The notes beneath the pieces were generated by a model that ran no database searches, was not told the origin of the DNA, and worked only from the letters and a program-made list of their open reading frames with translations. From positions 76,074 through 140,073 of the IMG/VR virus record IMGVR_UViG_3300036770_008715: a stretch of DNA of 64,000 nt; one strand, 5' to 3'. The translations under genes and the position numbers were made by a program. Each line of letters begins with the position of its first letter. The stretch's first letter is position 1. Positions 1 through 10,719 of the stretch are shown here, one piece after another. The stretch is from a virus.

Positions 1-1183
1 CAGATAAAGTATAAGATATGCTATTATTCCAAATTGCACCTCCATATCCATTATAATTGGTTGTTGTAAAATGTGGCGCAGAATTATACCTATGTATCTC
101 TGTAGTGCCTAGAATAATGTTGTTTTTGACGATATTCCCTATGGCGCCGTTTGCGGCTGGCGGATCATCAGGATCTGTAGCCCAGAGCAACGTTATGTTA
201 TTTGCTATTGTATTATATTGAATATCGTTGTAATCTCCACCAGCAACACCATTAGATTCATTTATAACTAATGATACATTAGATGCAAAAATATTATTAA
301 TAATATTTGCATAGTTGGTATTAAAAAATGAAGCGAACCTATCCGTATCTTTTATGTAATTTCCCGAAATCGTAATGTCTGTATTTGATAGGTTGGACTC
401 ATTGGCATGTTTAAAATAAATCCCACATGGAGAGTTGGACATAATGTTGTTTCTTATGACCAACTTTCCTACTCTAAATGCAACTATATTCCCTGTGTTA
501 TTATGAATTCCACTAGCATTAGATCCAGGACCATTGAACGTATTGTATTGTATGGTTGTATAATTGCTTAACGTTCCACCATTTATCTTAATGGCGCCCG
601 AATTATCGCCCCCATATTCTTGATTAATAGTACACCATTGGATTGTGTTATTGCTACTATCTACGTTCGTGCCTAGCTGAAATGCTACTGAAGTATTCGC
701 AAATTCTAATCCATGAAATCTCCAATATTGCTTTCCTTCGAGCATCATAAACATATTATTTGTTGTGCCGCCACCACTGACTCCAACAGTATTAGCGCAA
801 TTAATTATAACTCGTTCGCCAGGATAATTTCTAACAGTAATTGGTTGTGATGCAGTTCCTGTTTGTGAATTGACTGTTGCTGATGGATTTCCTCCATATG
901 TCTGGGAATAAAATGTTCCTCTAAGATGAAGGAGAAAATCTAGATTATATGTTCCACCTCTAATCAACAGAGTGTCATTTGCGTTAAGATTATACACTCC
1001 TTTTTCAATCGTAAGCCATGGTGTGTTTGGATTATTTGGAGTGCTAGAAGAATCGCTACCTGTTAATGACACATATTTTAAGTTAGCACTCATACCAAAT
1101 GTTGATTCATCGGTATTACTATCAACTTCAGTGCGTCCAGTCTCAATAAATTGTTCTGCTTGGAATACGAATTCGTTTGGCAT
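1..1183 (-). CDS. Parallel beta-helix (pectate-lyase/PL9, DUF1565-like) tailspike/depolymerase, truncated by the window edge
   Basis: Not in the ORF track. Manual translation from ATG at 1183 gives MPNEFVFQAEQF...KYVSLTGSDSS...PWLTIEKGVYNLNANDTLLIRGGTY...GTASQPITVRNYPGERVIIN, the typical DUF1565/PL9 N-terminal motif, followed by Asn/Ile-rich beta-helix sequence. Confidence 0.75.
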   Translation of the reverse strand, partial: MPNEFVFQAEQFIETGRTEVDSNTDESTFGMSANLKYVSLTGSDSSSTPNNPNTPWLTIEKGVYNLNANDTLLIRGGTYNLDFLLHLRGTFYSQTYGGNPSATVNSQTGTASQPITVRNYPGERVIINCANTVGVSGGGTTNNMFMMLEGKQYWRFHGLEFANTSVAFQLGTNVDSSNNTIQWCTINQEYGGDNSGAIKINGGTLSNYTTIQYNTFNGPGSNASGIHNNTGNIVAFRVGKLVIRNNIMSNSPCGIYFKHANESNLSNTDITISGNYIKDTDRFASFFNTNYANIINNIFASNVSLVINESNGVAGGDYNDIQYNTIANNITLLWATDPDDPPAANGAIGNIVKNNIILGTTEIHRYNSAPHFTTTNYNGYGGAIWNNSISYTLS

Positions 1184-1196
1184 TATACTACTCTAC

Positions 1197-3104
1197 TTAT
1201 CTATAGATGACTTCAACGTTATCAATATATCTTGTTTCACTAGAAACTGGTGCACCACCTGATTCCCATCCACCAATAGCAAATTGATGGAATGTATAAT
1301 CATTACTACTGCCTCTTATATTAATATTACTAGCAGAACCCATTAATTCGCCATCTCTCCACAATTTTATCCAACCATCAGAATTACCTATAGAATTTAA
1401 TTGAATTTCAACAGCAATAGTATACCATTGTTCTCTATTCATGTTCCAATCGTTGTCAATAACAAAATTTGAACTAGTTCCTAATCCTTGACCAAATACA
1501 ATAGCTCTTGTTGAATTTCCAGGAGTTCCGCTGCCCTCAAGTCCAAGTAAAACATCTAATGTGACATTACCATTAGATAATCTACCAACAATTCTACAGG
1601 ATTTATCTGCCTGGAAATCCCAGTTTGCGTCTCTATACTCATCCCATTGTAATCTAATATAAGTTTTTCCTGTACTAACATCACCATTAATAGCGCCAGG
1701 AAATCTATAATATAATAAAGTCCGTGATTCATTTTGAGTCCATGTTGAAGTATATCGATTAGATCCCTGGAATAGGCTAATAGAATGAGTTCCACCGTTT
1801 GATGTATCTTGACTATCCCATGGACCATTAATAGCATCAGTTATTGTTGAATATGTTTCGAAACTTTCAAAAAAATCTCTAACTACTCTGATATACATTT
1901 TAATCTTATTGGAGATTTTCGTCAATCCGCTGGCTGTGAATGTTCCTGCTTCTCCCCAAACATAATATAGATCAGAGTATATTCTATAGTCAAACGAGTC
2001 TGTTGTATCATTAGGAGAATTAATCTCAATGAATCCTTGCGAATCAACATATAAATCATTTCCAAGATTAGTTTTAGTTGGGAGATAGAATTTATCCCCT
2101 ACAGAAACTGCTGGTGATAGTCCATAATATAAAGAATATGTATTTGCGGCCTGGGATATATCTGTAACTGTGTGTATATTATAGAATGTATTTGTGGTAA
2201 GAGTGCCAGAAATACTTGCTGTTGCAACGTTAAATGTCACATTACCAAATCCAACATTTGATGCGAATAATTGTTCAGAATATGGAACATCAAATACAAT
2301 AGCTGATGCATTAGTAGTTGTTGGAGCTACATTGATGCTTCTTGTTTGATATACTATTTGTACTGCAGTTTGGCCACTTAAATTATAACCAGATAGAATA
2401 ACTCCAGGCTGCCCAGCATATACAGTTTCGTCCGTATCAACATCAATTATTGATACATCTGTTGATGCAATAGAAAGTGCTATATGAGTAGTTTGACCTC
2501 CTCCTCCGCCAACAGTCCAGGACATTATAGAATTAGATGAAGAATTTCCATCTTCAATGGAAGAAGCTATTCTTGCGGAATTTCCACCTGCTCCTGCAGA
2601 TCCAATAAAGTTGCTAAGTTGTGTTTGATTCGCATCAGCAGTATATGTTGTACTGTCGCCACTTCCAGTTCCAATTGCATCAAATACAATAAATCCAGTT
2701 CTAGAAGCAATACTTACTGAATTGCTAGTTGATGTTCTGAAAGTAAAAGGTGGAGTTACTAATTGAGAAACGTTTGCAAAAGATGTTGCAATTATCCCAC
2801 CTCTGGTAGTTGATGCTGCCCAACGAACAATTACAGTATTATTCCCTGTTGGAGGATTAACCATGTAATATGTTCTTAGATATACACCGCCATTAATTAC
2901 TGTGTTGGCAAATGTCATTGCGGCATTATTATAATACACATATGACGGATCTGTTGGCGCACCCGCACTAGTGGTCACTATATTAACAACTAAAAATCTA
3001 TCTTCCCCCGAACATGTATGATAAAAAAGTGAATTTGTTCCAGAGTTAACTCCAGCTCCAGACAAAGAAAGAAAGGTATTTGCATTAAGAGTTACTGCAG
3101 GCAT
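1197..3104 (-). CDS. Virion-associated protein with C-terminal polysaccharide-lyase/ConA-like jelly-roll domain
   Basis: 635 aa, Ser/Thr-rich beta N-terminus; C-terminal WYTIAVEIQLNSIGNSDGWIKLWRDGE...RYIDNVEV resembles polysaccharide-lyase-like jelly rolls. Confidence 0.6.
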   Translation of the reverse strand: MPAVTLNANTFLSLSGAGVNSGTNSLFYHTCSGEDRFLVVNIVTTSAGAPTDPSYVYYNNAAMTFANTVINGGVYLRTYYMVNPPTGNNTVIVRWAASTTRGGIIATSFANVSQLVTPPFTFRTSTSNSVSIASRTGFIVFDAIGTGSGDSTTYTADANQTQLSNFIGSAGAGGNSARIASSIEDGNSSSNSIMSWTVGGGGGQTTHIALSIASTDVSIIDVDTDETVYAGQPGVILSGYNLSGQTAVQIVYQTRSINVAPTTTNASAIVFDVPYSEQLFASNVGFGNVTFNVATASISGTLTTNTFYNIHTVTDISQAANTYSLYYGLSPAVSVGDKFYLPTKTNLGNDLYVDSQGFIEINSPNDTTDSFDYRIYSDLYYVWGEAGTFTASGLTKISNKIKMYIRVVRDFFESFETYSTITDAINGPWDSQDTSNGGTHSISLFQGSNRYTSTWTQNESRTLLYYRFPGAINGDVSTGKTYIRLQWDEYRDANWDFQADKSCRIVGRLSNGNVTLDVLLGLEGSGTPGNSTRAIVFGQGLGTSSNFVIDNDWNMNREQWYTIAVEIQLNSIGNSDGWIKLWRDGELMGSASNINIRGSSNDYTFHQFAIGGWESGGAPVSSETRYIDNVEVIYR

Positions 3105-3105
3105 T

Positions 3106-3945
3106 TTATGTACCTATAAATTTCCTGCGGCCTGAATCTGATCTATATGGCGGACTAACATTTGTAGCAATAACAATATCGTCAAGATATGTGTCGTTAT
3201 TTGGAGGAGTTTCATTATTCCAATAGGTGAACCAATATAAACTAGTCATAATATTGGTTGCTTCATTCATTGTTCCAGTATCAGCTGCTGTGCGTTCTTG
3301 GACGAGATTACCATCAACCCAGAAACGGAAAAGGACTCCTGATCCACCCATAGATTCTTTCACATCTAGTTTACAATACACTTCATATGTTATCCATTGA
3401 TCTCGAGGGATAGGAACTAGAGAATATTTCCATATATTATTATTATCAAATTCTCTGATTGTCCCATAAGTCCAAGATCCCCAGCTCGCTTCTTCATTAA
3501 CATACAAATCCATATACCCAGCATTAACAGCAGATTCAGCTGCGCTCTTAAACATCCTAAGTCGTAGAAATTTCATTGCTGGAGTTGCACTGAATGTAAA
3601 TTCACTTGGCCAGTATTGCCTCCATCTAACCCAAATCTCATCACCTCTTACCAAGTTAGTAGGTAAGGCATATGTCCCACCCCAATTACCAAATCCACCA
3701 CCATCTCCAGTTCTAATTGACATTAATGCCGATGCGCCACTTGTTCCATATTTCGTTGTTGTATTTGCTTTGGTTCTTCCTGCAGTACCAAAAACAGGAC
3801 CATTCAATGAAACCCCATCAGCATAAGAATTAAAATTCTGAGTAGAAACAGGAGTGTATGTTCCTCCTGTTGGGTATTTGCTGTATCGTATGCCATCTTC
3901 TGATGGTATTATTCTAAAAGAACGTTTAGTGCCATTGATAGCCAT
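3106..3945 (-). CDS. Polysaccharide-lyase-like/ConA-like jelly-roll protein
   Basis: 279 aa; EIWVRWRQYWPSEFTF...KFLR...PRDQWITYEVY...FWVDGNLV...YLDDIVI pattern, similar to the domain at the end of the adjacent gene. Confidence 0.55.
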   Translation of the reverse strand: MAINGTKRSFRIIPSEDGIRYSKYPTGGTYTPVSTQNFNSYADGVSLNGPVFGTAGRTKANTTTKYGTSGASALMSIRTGDGGGFGNWGGTYALPTNLVRGDEIWVRWRQYWPSEFTFSATPAMKFLRLRMFKSAAESAVNAGYMDLYVNEEASWGSWTYGTIREFDNNNIWKYSLVPIPRDQWITYEVYCKLDVKESMGGSGVLFRFWVDGNLVQERTAADTGTMNEATNIMTSLYWFTYWNNETPPNNDTYLDDIVIATNVSPPYRSDSGRRKFIGT

Positions 3946-3951
3946 ATTAAA

Positions 3952-6651
3952 TTACCCCAAGAACGTAAAGTCTAACGATGTCGCACTCGCGTTATATGAT
4001 ACTCTGAATTTAGAGTTTGAGAATTGGTTGTTAGACTGTTCGCCACCAAAGTATAGATTACTTGTTCCTGGCAATCTTAGCTGAGAACCGACAGAAACAA
4101 GGTTAGCGGCAGTATTGTAGTAGAAATTAGAATCGCCACCAAAAGCGCCATTGTTATTGTACTGTATTTGAGTATTTGCTCCGCCAGGAGAGCCGCCTGA
4201 TGTAAACTGGATATTTGCATTGCCTTCTATTCCTGCTGTTACTGTAACAGTTACTGTTGCGCTATTAATAAAATTCAGAGCATTGGCTGTTACTGTTGAA
4301 CCGCTGTTGGCTGAAACAGCAAAGTTTGCAATTCCAGAAGATCCTGGAGCTCCTTGGACACCTTGATGACCTTGCACTCCAGTTCCAGTTTGCCCTTGAG
4401 CGCCCTGAGATCCTTGAATCCCCTGGAACCCTTGCGCTCCAACTGCACCTTGAATACCTTGGAAACCTTGGGCACCTATTGCTCCCTGGGCACCTGCTGC
4501 GCCTTGAATACCTTGAAAACCTTGTCTACCTTGGGCTCCCTGAATACCTTGGAAACCTTGTGCCCCAACAACTCCCTGAGCGCCAGCGGCTCCTTGTATT
4601 CCCTGGAAACCTTGGGCACCTACTGCTCCCTGGGCACCAGTTGCTCCCTGTGGTCCTTGGGTTCCTGGAGTACCTGCTAGGTTAATAGTCCAAAAGGTAA
4701 ATGTGCCTGAACCACTAGTGCTAGTAACATTAATATCAAGAGAACCAGTTCCACCATTATAAGTGGAGACTGTTCCTTCCATATAGTTTGTTGAGTTATT
4801 AGCCGCTCGAACAGTTTGAGAAGTAGAATATGCTAGACCAGTATCTACTGTAAATACTTTTGAACCAGTACCTATGGTTTGGCTAGTAGTACTGGTGGTG
4901 GCATATTTGTCGCCAGCAATACCTTGAATACCTTGAGAACCTTGAGCACCAGTTGTTCCTTGAAATCCTTGTGCGCCTTGGATACCTTGAAACCCTTGAG
5001 CCCCAACAGCTCCTTGAGCACCAGTTGTTCCTTGAAATCCTTGTGCACCCTGAATACCTTGAGACCCTTGAGCCCCAACAGTTCCCTGTGCCCCAACAAC
5101 ACCTTGGGCGCCAGCGGATCCTTGTATCCCCTGGAAGCCTTGGGCACCTACTGTTCCTTGCGCCCCAGTAACTCCTTGCGCACCAGTGGCACCTTGAATT
5201 CCCTGAAATCCTTGTGCGCCAGTAGCTCCCTGGGCACCAGCATCACCTTGAATACCCTGGAACCCTTGCGAACCCTGAATACCTTGAGAACCTTGAGTTC
5301 CTGTTGCTCCCTGAAATCCTTGTGCTCCCTGAATACCTTGAGAACCTTGAGTTCCTGTTGCTCCCTGAATACCTTGAGAACCTTGAGTTCCTGTTGCTCC
5401 CTGGAACCCTTGCGAACCCTGAATACCTTGAGAACCTTGAGTTCCTGTTGCTCCCTGAAATCCTTGTGCGCCCTGAATACCTTGGAATCCTTGAGCTCCA
5501 GCAACTCCCTGGAATCCTTGTGCACCAACAGCACCTTGGACTCCTTGGAACCCTTGTGGACCAGCTGATCCTTGAATTCCCTGGAATCCTTGTCTACCCT
5601 GAGCGCCTTGTATACCTTGGAAGCCTTGAGCTCCAATAGCACCTTGAGCGCCAGTTGCTCCCTGTGGTCCCTGGGTTCCAGGAGTTCCAGCAAGGTTAAT
5701 TGTCCAAAAGGTAAATGTTCCGCTTCCGCTGGTTGACGTTACGTTAATATCAATAGAACCAGTTCCACTGTTGTATGTGGATACGGAACCTTCCATATAA
5801 TTTGTTGCGGTATTCGCAGCACGAACAGTCTGGGAAGTAGAATATGCTAGTCCAGTTGCAACAGTGAATACCTTAGATCCAGTACCAATCGTTTGAGATG
5901 TTGTACTAGTGGTTGCATACTTATCGCCAGCAATACCTTGAATTCCCTGAGAACCTTGGGCTCCAGCAACTCCCTGGAAACCCTGAGAACCTTGAATACC
6001 TTGGAAACCTTGGGCTCCAACAACACCCTGAAACCCTTGTGAACCTTGGATGCCCTGGAATCCTTGTCTACCTTGTGCTCCCTGAATACCTTGGAATCCT
6101 TGTCTACCTTGTGCACCCTGAATACCTTGAGAACCTTGAGTTCCTGTTGCTCCCTGGAACCCTTGCGAACCCTGAATACCTTGGAAACCTTGGGGTCCAG
6201 CGGCTCCTTGAATTCCTTGAGAACCCTGAATACCTTGGAATCCTTGGGGTCCAGCGGCTCCTTGAATTCCCTGAGAACCTTGGGCTCCAGCAACTCCCTG
6301 GAAACCCTGAGAACCTTGAATACCTTGGAAACCTTGGGGTCCAGCAACACCCTGAAATCCTTGTGCGCCTTGAATACCTTGGAAACCTTGTACTCCAGTT
6401 GCTCCTTGAAATCCTTGTGCGCCAGGTAGACCAATTGGACCTTGATCGCCCTGATTACCTTGAACCCCTTGGGCACCTTGTACGCCTTGAGATCCTTGGA
6501 CGCCCTGTTCGCCCTGAACTCCAGGAGCTCCTTGTGGGCCAACAGTATTGGTTGCGAAAGATACCCAGGATGTACCATTCCACTTCCAAATCTTTCCGTT
6601 GGAAGTGAAAATCTCATTAAGAGCTGGATTATCTGGGAAATTGATTGCCAT
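3952..6651 (-). CDS. Collagen-like (G-X-Q) tail fibre protein
   Basis: 899 aa; long G-X-Q triplet tracts interrupted by two near-identical ~85-aa globular inserts; N-terminal MAINFP...WKWNGTSW module; GGANTQIQYNNNGAFGG fibre motif near the C-terminus. Confidence 0.8.
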   Translation of the reverse strand: MAINFPDNPALNEIFTSNGKIWKWNGTSWVSFATNTVGPQGAPGVQGEQGVQGSQGVQGAQGVQGNQGDQGPIGLPGAQGFQGATGVQGFQGIQGAQGFQGVAGPQGFQGIQGSQGFQGVAGAQGSQGIQGAAGPQGFQGIQGSQGIQGAAGPQGFQGIQGSQGFQGATGTQGSQGIQGAQGRQGFQGIQGAQGRQGFQGIQGSQGFQGVVGAQGFQGIQGSQGFQGVAGAQGSQGIQGIAGDKYATTSTTSQTIGTGSKVFTVATGLAYSTSQTVRAANTATNYMEGSVSTYNSGTGSIDINVTSTSGSGTFTFWTINLAGTPGTQGPQGATGAQGAIGAQGFQGIQGAQGRQGFQGIQGSAGPQGFQGVQGAVGAQGFQGVAGAQGFQGIQGAQGFQGATGTQGSQGIQGSQGFQGATGTQGSQGIQGATGTQGSQGIQGAQGFQGATGTQGSQGIQGSQGFQGIQGDAGAQGATGAQGFQGIQGATGAQGVTGAQGTVGAQGFQGIQGSAGAQGVVGAQGTVGAQGSQGIQGAQGFQGTTGAQGAVGAQGFQGIQGAQGFQGTTGAQGSQGIQGIAGDKYATTSTTSQTIGTGSKVFTVDTGLAYSTSQTVRAANNSTNYMEGTVSTYNGGTGSLDINVTSTSGSGTFTFWTINLAGTPGTQGPQGATGAQGAVGAQGFQGIQGAAGAQGVVGAQGFQGIQGAQGRQGFQGIQGAAGAQGAIGAQGFQGIQGAVGAQGFQGIQGSQGAQGQTGTGVQGHQGVQGAPGSSGIANFAVSANSGSTVTANALNFINSATVTVTVTAGIEGNANIQFTSGGSPGGANTQIQYNNNGAFGGDSNFYYNTAANLVSVGSQLRLPGTSNLYFGGEQSNNQFSNSKFRVSYNASATSLDFTFLG

Positions 6652-9600
6652 TTAGTCTACCGTTCTCGTGGCTTTTAGTGTCTTACCAGCATCAAAGTGA
6701 ATATAGAATCCATCTTCAGGCGAAGTCCAAGAAGCATCAGTATATCCGCCAATCAGAATATTATCACCATCAAGAGCGCAGCAGGATCCAATATCACCAC
6801 CAGTTGTGCCAGTCTGGTATCTAGCGAAGTTTCCAGTATTTAGGTCGCAAATGGCTACAAGCAAATCAGATCCACCAACCGAAGTTCCAACACCAGAAAC
6901 AACACCAGCCGTTGATCCTACGATAACAACTGTATTGGACTCAGGCAAAAATGTTGATACTCTACCATTAGTATCAAGAATTTCCGAAGAAACAGTACCT
7001 GTTTGGTATGCAACGTTGAATGTATTTGATCTGTAATTATAGATCACAACACCAATATCATCTGCTCCAGCAGATGTAGTTATAATTGGAGTCAAGTTAT
7101 CTGTTGTCTGGTATACTAGAGCAATCTGGCCGCCACCAATATCGTGCAAGTTAACTGCTTTATCGTCACCATCGCCGCCGATCTGATTATGCTTAAAGGT
7201 ATTTGATGTTGTATCAAGAATAGAAACTAGAATGTCATAAACACCATATTGCGTTCCGCCAATATTACTGGTTGTTCGACCACAAACTGCAACGTTGCCG
7301 TCTTCAAGTTTTGTGATGGCATAATATTCTTCGTCTAGATTAGTTCCTGTCTGGTAGAATTCAAATTCTCTGCCTGCAGGCTTGCTTTCGTCGAATCGAA
7401 TAATTAGACCATCATATACTCCAGAACCTCCAGTGTTTTTCTTACCAACATCGCCTGAGGTCTGGCAGATAAAGTAGAATACATTATCTGAATATTGCAC
7501 TAGGTCATATCCGAAAATATTACCATCGTCAGCAATAGAGTCGCCGACTGTTCCGACAACATAGAACTTTGTAAATGCTTCGCTATCATACATTGGCAGA
7601 TAGTCACGATGCTCAGCATGTTCTGGATCATTCATATGCTGCTGAGCTTTGTCTAGGTCAAAGACAGCAAGAACAAAGTTCCACAATCCGCTTGATCCAT
7701 CAAATATGGATTGCTGTATTGTTTCAATTGAACCTACTGTGTGAGATGGCGTAGTAATAGCCAGTGTGCTATTTGTTATTGATGGTGCTATACCAACAGG
7801 CGATGCAGTTCCAGCAAAACTTTCTTGTGGATAGGTGTCATACAAGAAGTTAAATGTAATATCCAGATCTAGGTGGCAAACACCAGTACCAAATCCTTTA
7901 CGCCAGAATCGAGTTAATAGACCGTTCTCCTGGAAGAATGGATCTTGGGCAAAGTTAGTGCCGCAAACATAGATGTTGTCATTCAGATGATCCATCGTAC
8001 AACCAAGGAAATTAGTATCATATACATCCATCGATGGATTGAAATACTTTAACCAATTTTTCCAGAGCGAAGTTCCCGATTGATCGAATCCAAATATGAA
8101 TCCTCGGTTCTTCACTTCGCTCATCATATGATGTTCTATTCGAGAAATCTGATTCTCATAACCTACAGCATAGATGTAATTCTCATTATCTACAGTAACT
8201 CCAGTAAATTGGGAATCAATATTAACTGACTGAACCCACTGTTGAGTACCAATAGAATCAAACTTAATAATAGTTGCATTTGGCGTGGTATTGGCGCCGA
8301 CAGCAATTACGTTTCCGCCAGCATCAACAGCAAGACTATTGTAATTAATTGTGCTAGATTCTCTGGCCCATACGAGCGATCCACTGCTGGTTAATTTGAA
8401 TACTTTATTATTACCAGCTGCATATACATTATTTGACGAATCAACTGTTACTTGTTTTAGCTGGAAATCTGGAACTTTCTTTTGCCAAACTTGAACGCCA
8501 TTAGTTTCAAGTTTAACAATATAACTATTATTAGTTTCTTTGAGGCCAAGGTACAAATATTCGCCAGAGGCTTTGATGCTTTCAATTTGTTGATCGCCGC
8601 TCGTATCAATAGTACGTGTCCAGACTGGCTGGCCATTACTCAAAAATTTAGCATACAATCCAGCTTTACCCGAACCTTCTGTCGTCGATCCGCCAACATA
8701 AATTGAATCTGTTGAATCAATTGTAACTGCAAATCCTGAATCAATACTAGAATTCTCTAATGTTTTAGTCCAATCGATTTCAAGATTAGCTGTGAACTTA
8801 GTCAAAACTAATTTATCGTCTGCCGAAGAACCGACTGTTACAACAAGACCATTACTGTCTACTGCAACACCGCGATATATTGTATTGGCGTCGTTATAAT
8901 ATGTGGTTCGAACAAAAGGATGAACTCTTGTTTCTTTTAAATCAATTAACTGGCTCTTGGTGTAGCCAGTGAGATATATTAAGTTTGTATTGGCTCGTAG
9001 CTGCATTCCAGTAAAATAGTCTTGACCTGGACCGCCTGCGCAATAATAATCGCCGCCACCTTGTTCTTCGTCGCCATTATAAATGGTAACCATAAAATCA
9101 TCGAAACCAAGGTTGCCTTCATTCTCTTCTATCTTACCGCAGAATACCATTCGACCATCATTCAGAGCAAGAACGTCATAGAAGTATTCACCGCCGCCAA
9201 CACCAGCAGTTGATTTCTTTTTATAGAATTGAGGAGATGCCAAATCATACTGGAAAACTGCATTTCCTGTTGGAATTGGATCTGGCTCTTCTTCATTAAT
9301 TCTTCGCCAAGTCTGAGATTCTAATTCATATTGGACATAGCCAATTGTACCTGCTGGCCTTAGAATAAAAGCATTATTGGCAACATCAAAATCAAAGTGT
9401 GGGTATATTTGTCTAGTGAAGTTAATTTGAAAACCATAAACTCCTTGGCCTTGGTATGTTCCAGTAACGTCTTTATCGCCACTTAATATGGTATAGAATC
9501 TTCTTTCCGATGCTCTATATGAAATGCCATGTACTCTGAGTGGATTACTACCACTTCCATTGGTTACTATTTGACCTTCGTCAATCCACTCAGCGCCATC

Positions 9601-10719
9601 AAATCTGTATAAACTAACACCATCAGATTCTCCGACAACTGCATATAATTCATTACTAACCACTATTAAATGGCAATCGGGTTTAATTGTAACTCCTGTC
9701 TGAATAGTTGATACTACAATTGTACCAGCAGCAAGAGTATCAGCTGAAGTGATCTCCCAGATTTTGAGATCATATCCGCTGGATGGATTATTATAGATGA
9801 CTGGAATATAAAGTTTGTCTGCTATTAATTCTCCGCAGGAAGCTCTGAATGGATACTCAGCAATGTTAGTGTTGTTGACATAAATTGGATCTGCTAAGTC
9901 ATAAGTTCCTAGGCTGACTTCGGCAGTAAATGTTCTTGTCGATAGCACATATGTTCTACTATAGACTTTCCATTGAGTAGAATCTGCTGCAATATAAAAC
10001 GCATGGTATCTATTGGAAGAACCTTTATGCATCCCGCCTATGATATGATTCTGCACTGTATTAGCTGGTAGAATTACATCTAGGTGTGAAGAGTGCGCAC
10101 CACCAACGCTTGGCTGGTGAATTCGAGCCAGAACCGATTGATATTCTGTCATACCAGAAGTAGTTTCTGTGTAGATCAAATATCCATAATGCGGATCGGC
10201 ATCACTAATAAACTTTCCGTCTGTAAATGTAATTCTTCCATTTGAAAAATCATTTTCATATGCATCTGGATTATGTTGGTGGTATTGGAAATAACTCCAG
10301 TCTTCACCTTCGTTTTGCAGCAATCTGTCCCAGTAAAATGGCGTATCGTCTTGGGCACTTCTAATAGTTCCAAGATGCGCAAAGAACATTGCGTCTTCTT
10401 CGGTAAGGCCAGTCACTTCGTTGATATTTGGGCCAATGTGAGAAACTGAAGAGTTGTGATATTCTCTTACCACTCCATCCCAAGTTTCAGTTATAATCTC
10501 AAAAGAACCGTTCATTGGCAACGATTCTAATCCTGGAGTTATTGGCAGCTGCTCATTGAATCGATATGGTATTACTTCGTCGTCGTCTTTATCAGTGTAA
10601 CTTCCTGGTAATGCTTTAATCCAGTAACCAGCACTCATTCCTGGAATAGCAGGATGGCTTAATACTTGGCTGGCCAAATTTACTGATTGGATTACTGTCG
10701 AAGTATTAACTGTTGCCAT
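6652..10719 (-). CDS. Large multi-beta-propeller protein, probably virion-associated
   Basis: 1355 aa; repeated (I/V)AVDSxG/NxYxxG...KFxSxGxxxW blades (SBBP-like) and C-terminal YQTGT...D/E repeats. Confidence 0.65.
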   Translation of the reverse strand: MATVNTSTVIQSVNLASQVLSHPAIPGMSAGYWIKALPGSYTDKDDDEVIPYRFNEQLPITPGLESLPMNGSFEIITETWDGVVREYHNSSVSHIGPNINEVTGLTEEDAMFFAHLGTIRSAQDDTPFYWDRLLQNEGEDWSYFQYHQHNPDAYENDFSNGRITFTDGKFISDADPHYGYLIYTETTSGMTEYQSVLARIHQPSVGGAHSSHLDVILPANTVQNHIIGGMHKGSSNRYHAFYIAADSTQWKVYSRTYVLSTRTFTAEVSLGTYDLADPIYVNNTNIAEYPFRASCGELIADKLYIPVIYNNPSSGYDLKIWEITSADTLAAGTIVVSTIQTGVTIKPDCHLIVVSNELYAVVGESDGVSLYRFDGAEWIDEGQIVTNGSGSNPLRVHGISYRASERRFYTILSGDKDVTGTYQGQGVYGFQINFTRQIYPHFDFDVANNAFILRPAGTIGYVQYELESQTWRRINEEEPDPIPTGNAVFQYDLASPQFYKKKSTAGVGGGEYFYDVLALNDGRMVFCGKIEENEGNLGFDDFMVTIYNGDEEQGGGDYYCAGGPGQDYFTGMQLRANTNLIYLTGYTKSQLIDLKETRVHPFVRTTYYNDANTIYRGVAVDSNGLVVTVGSSADDKLVLTKFTANLEIDWTKTLENSSIDSGFAVTIDSTDSIYVGGSTTEGSGKAGLYAKFLSNGQPVWTRTIDTSGDQQIESIKASGEYLYLGLKETNNSYIVKLETNGVQVWQKKVPDFQLKQVTVDSSNNVYAAGNNKVFKLTSSGSLVWARESSTINYNSLAVDAGGNVIAVGANTTPNATIIKFDSIGTQQWVQSVNIDSQFTGVTVDNENYIYAVGYENQISRIEHHMMSEVKNRGFIFGFDQSGTSLWKNWLKYFNPSMDVYDTNFLGCTMDHLNDNIYVCGTNFAQDPFFQENGLLTRFWRKGFGTGVCHLDLDITFNFLYDTYPQESFAGTASPVGIAPSITNSTLAITTPSHTVGSIETIQQSIFDGSSGLWNFVLAVFDLDKAQQHMNDPEHAEHRDYLPMYDSEAFTKFYVVGTVGDSIADDGNIFGYDLVQYSDNVFYFICQTSGDVGKKNTGGSGVYDGLIIRFDESKPAGREFEFYQTGTNLDEEYYAITKLEDGNVAVCGRTTSNIGGTQYGVYDILVSILDTTSNTFKHNQIGGDGDDKAVNLHDIGGGQIALVYQTTDNLTPIITTSAGADDIGVVIYNYRSNTFNVAYQTGTVSSEILDTNGRVSTFLPESNTVVIVGSTAGVVSGVGTSVGGSDLLVAICDLNTGNFARYQTGTTGGDIGSCCALDGDNILIGGYTDASWTSPEDGFYIHFDAGKTLKATRTVD

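Noticed and set aside
4640-5960. Duplicated fibre domain as a diversity-generating retroelement TR/VR pair
   Set aside because: Both copies are in frame within one gene, the differences are mostly synonymous and not obviously adenine-specific, and no reverse transcriptase is in the window.
4290-6678. Many overlapping alternative-frame and antisense ORFs over the collagen gene (likewise 15356-18209 and 19515-20478)
   Set aside because: Shadow ORFs caused by stop-poor G-X-X codon repeats; they have no independent start signals or recognisable motifs.
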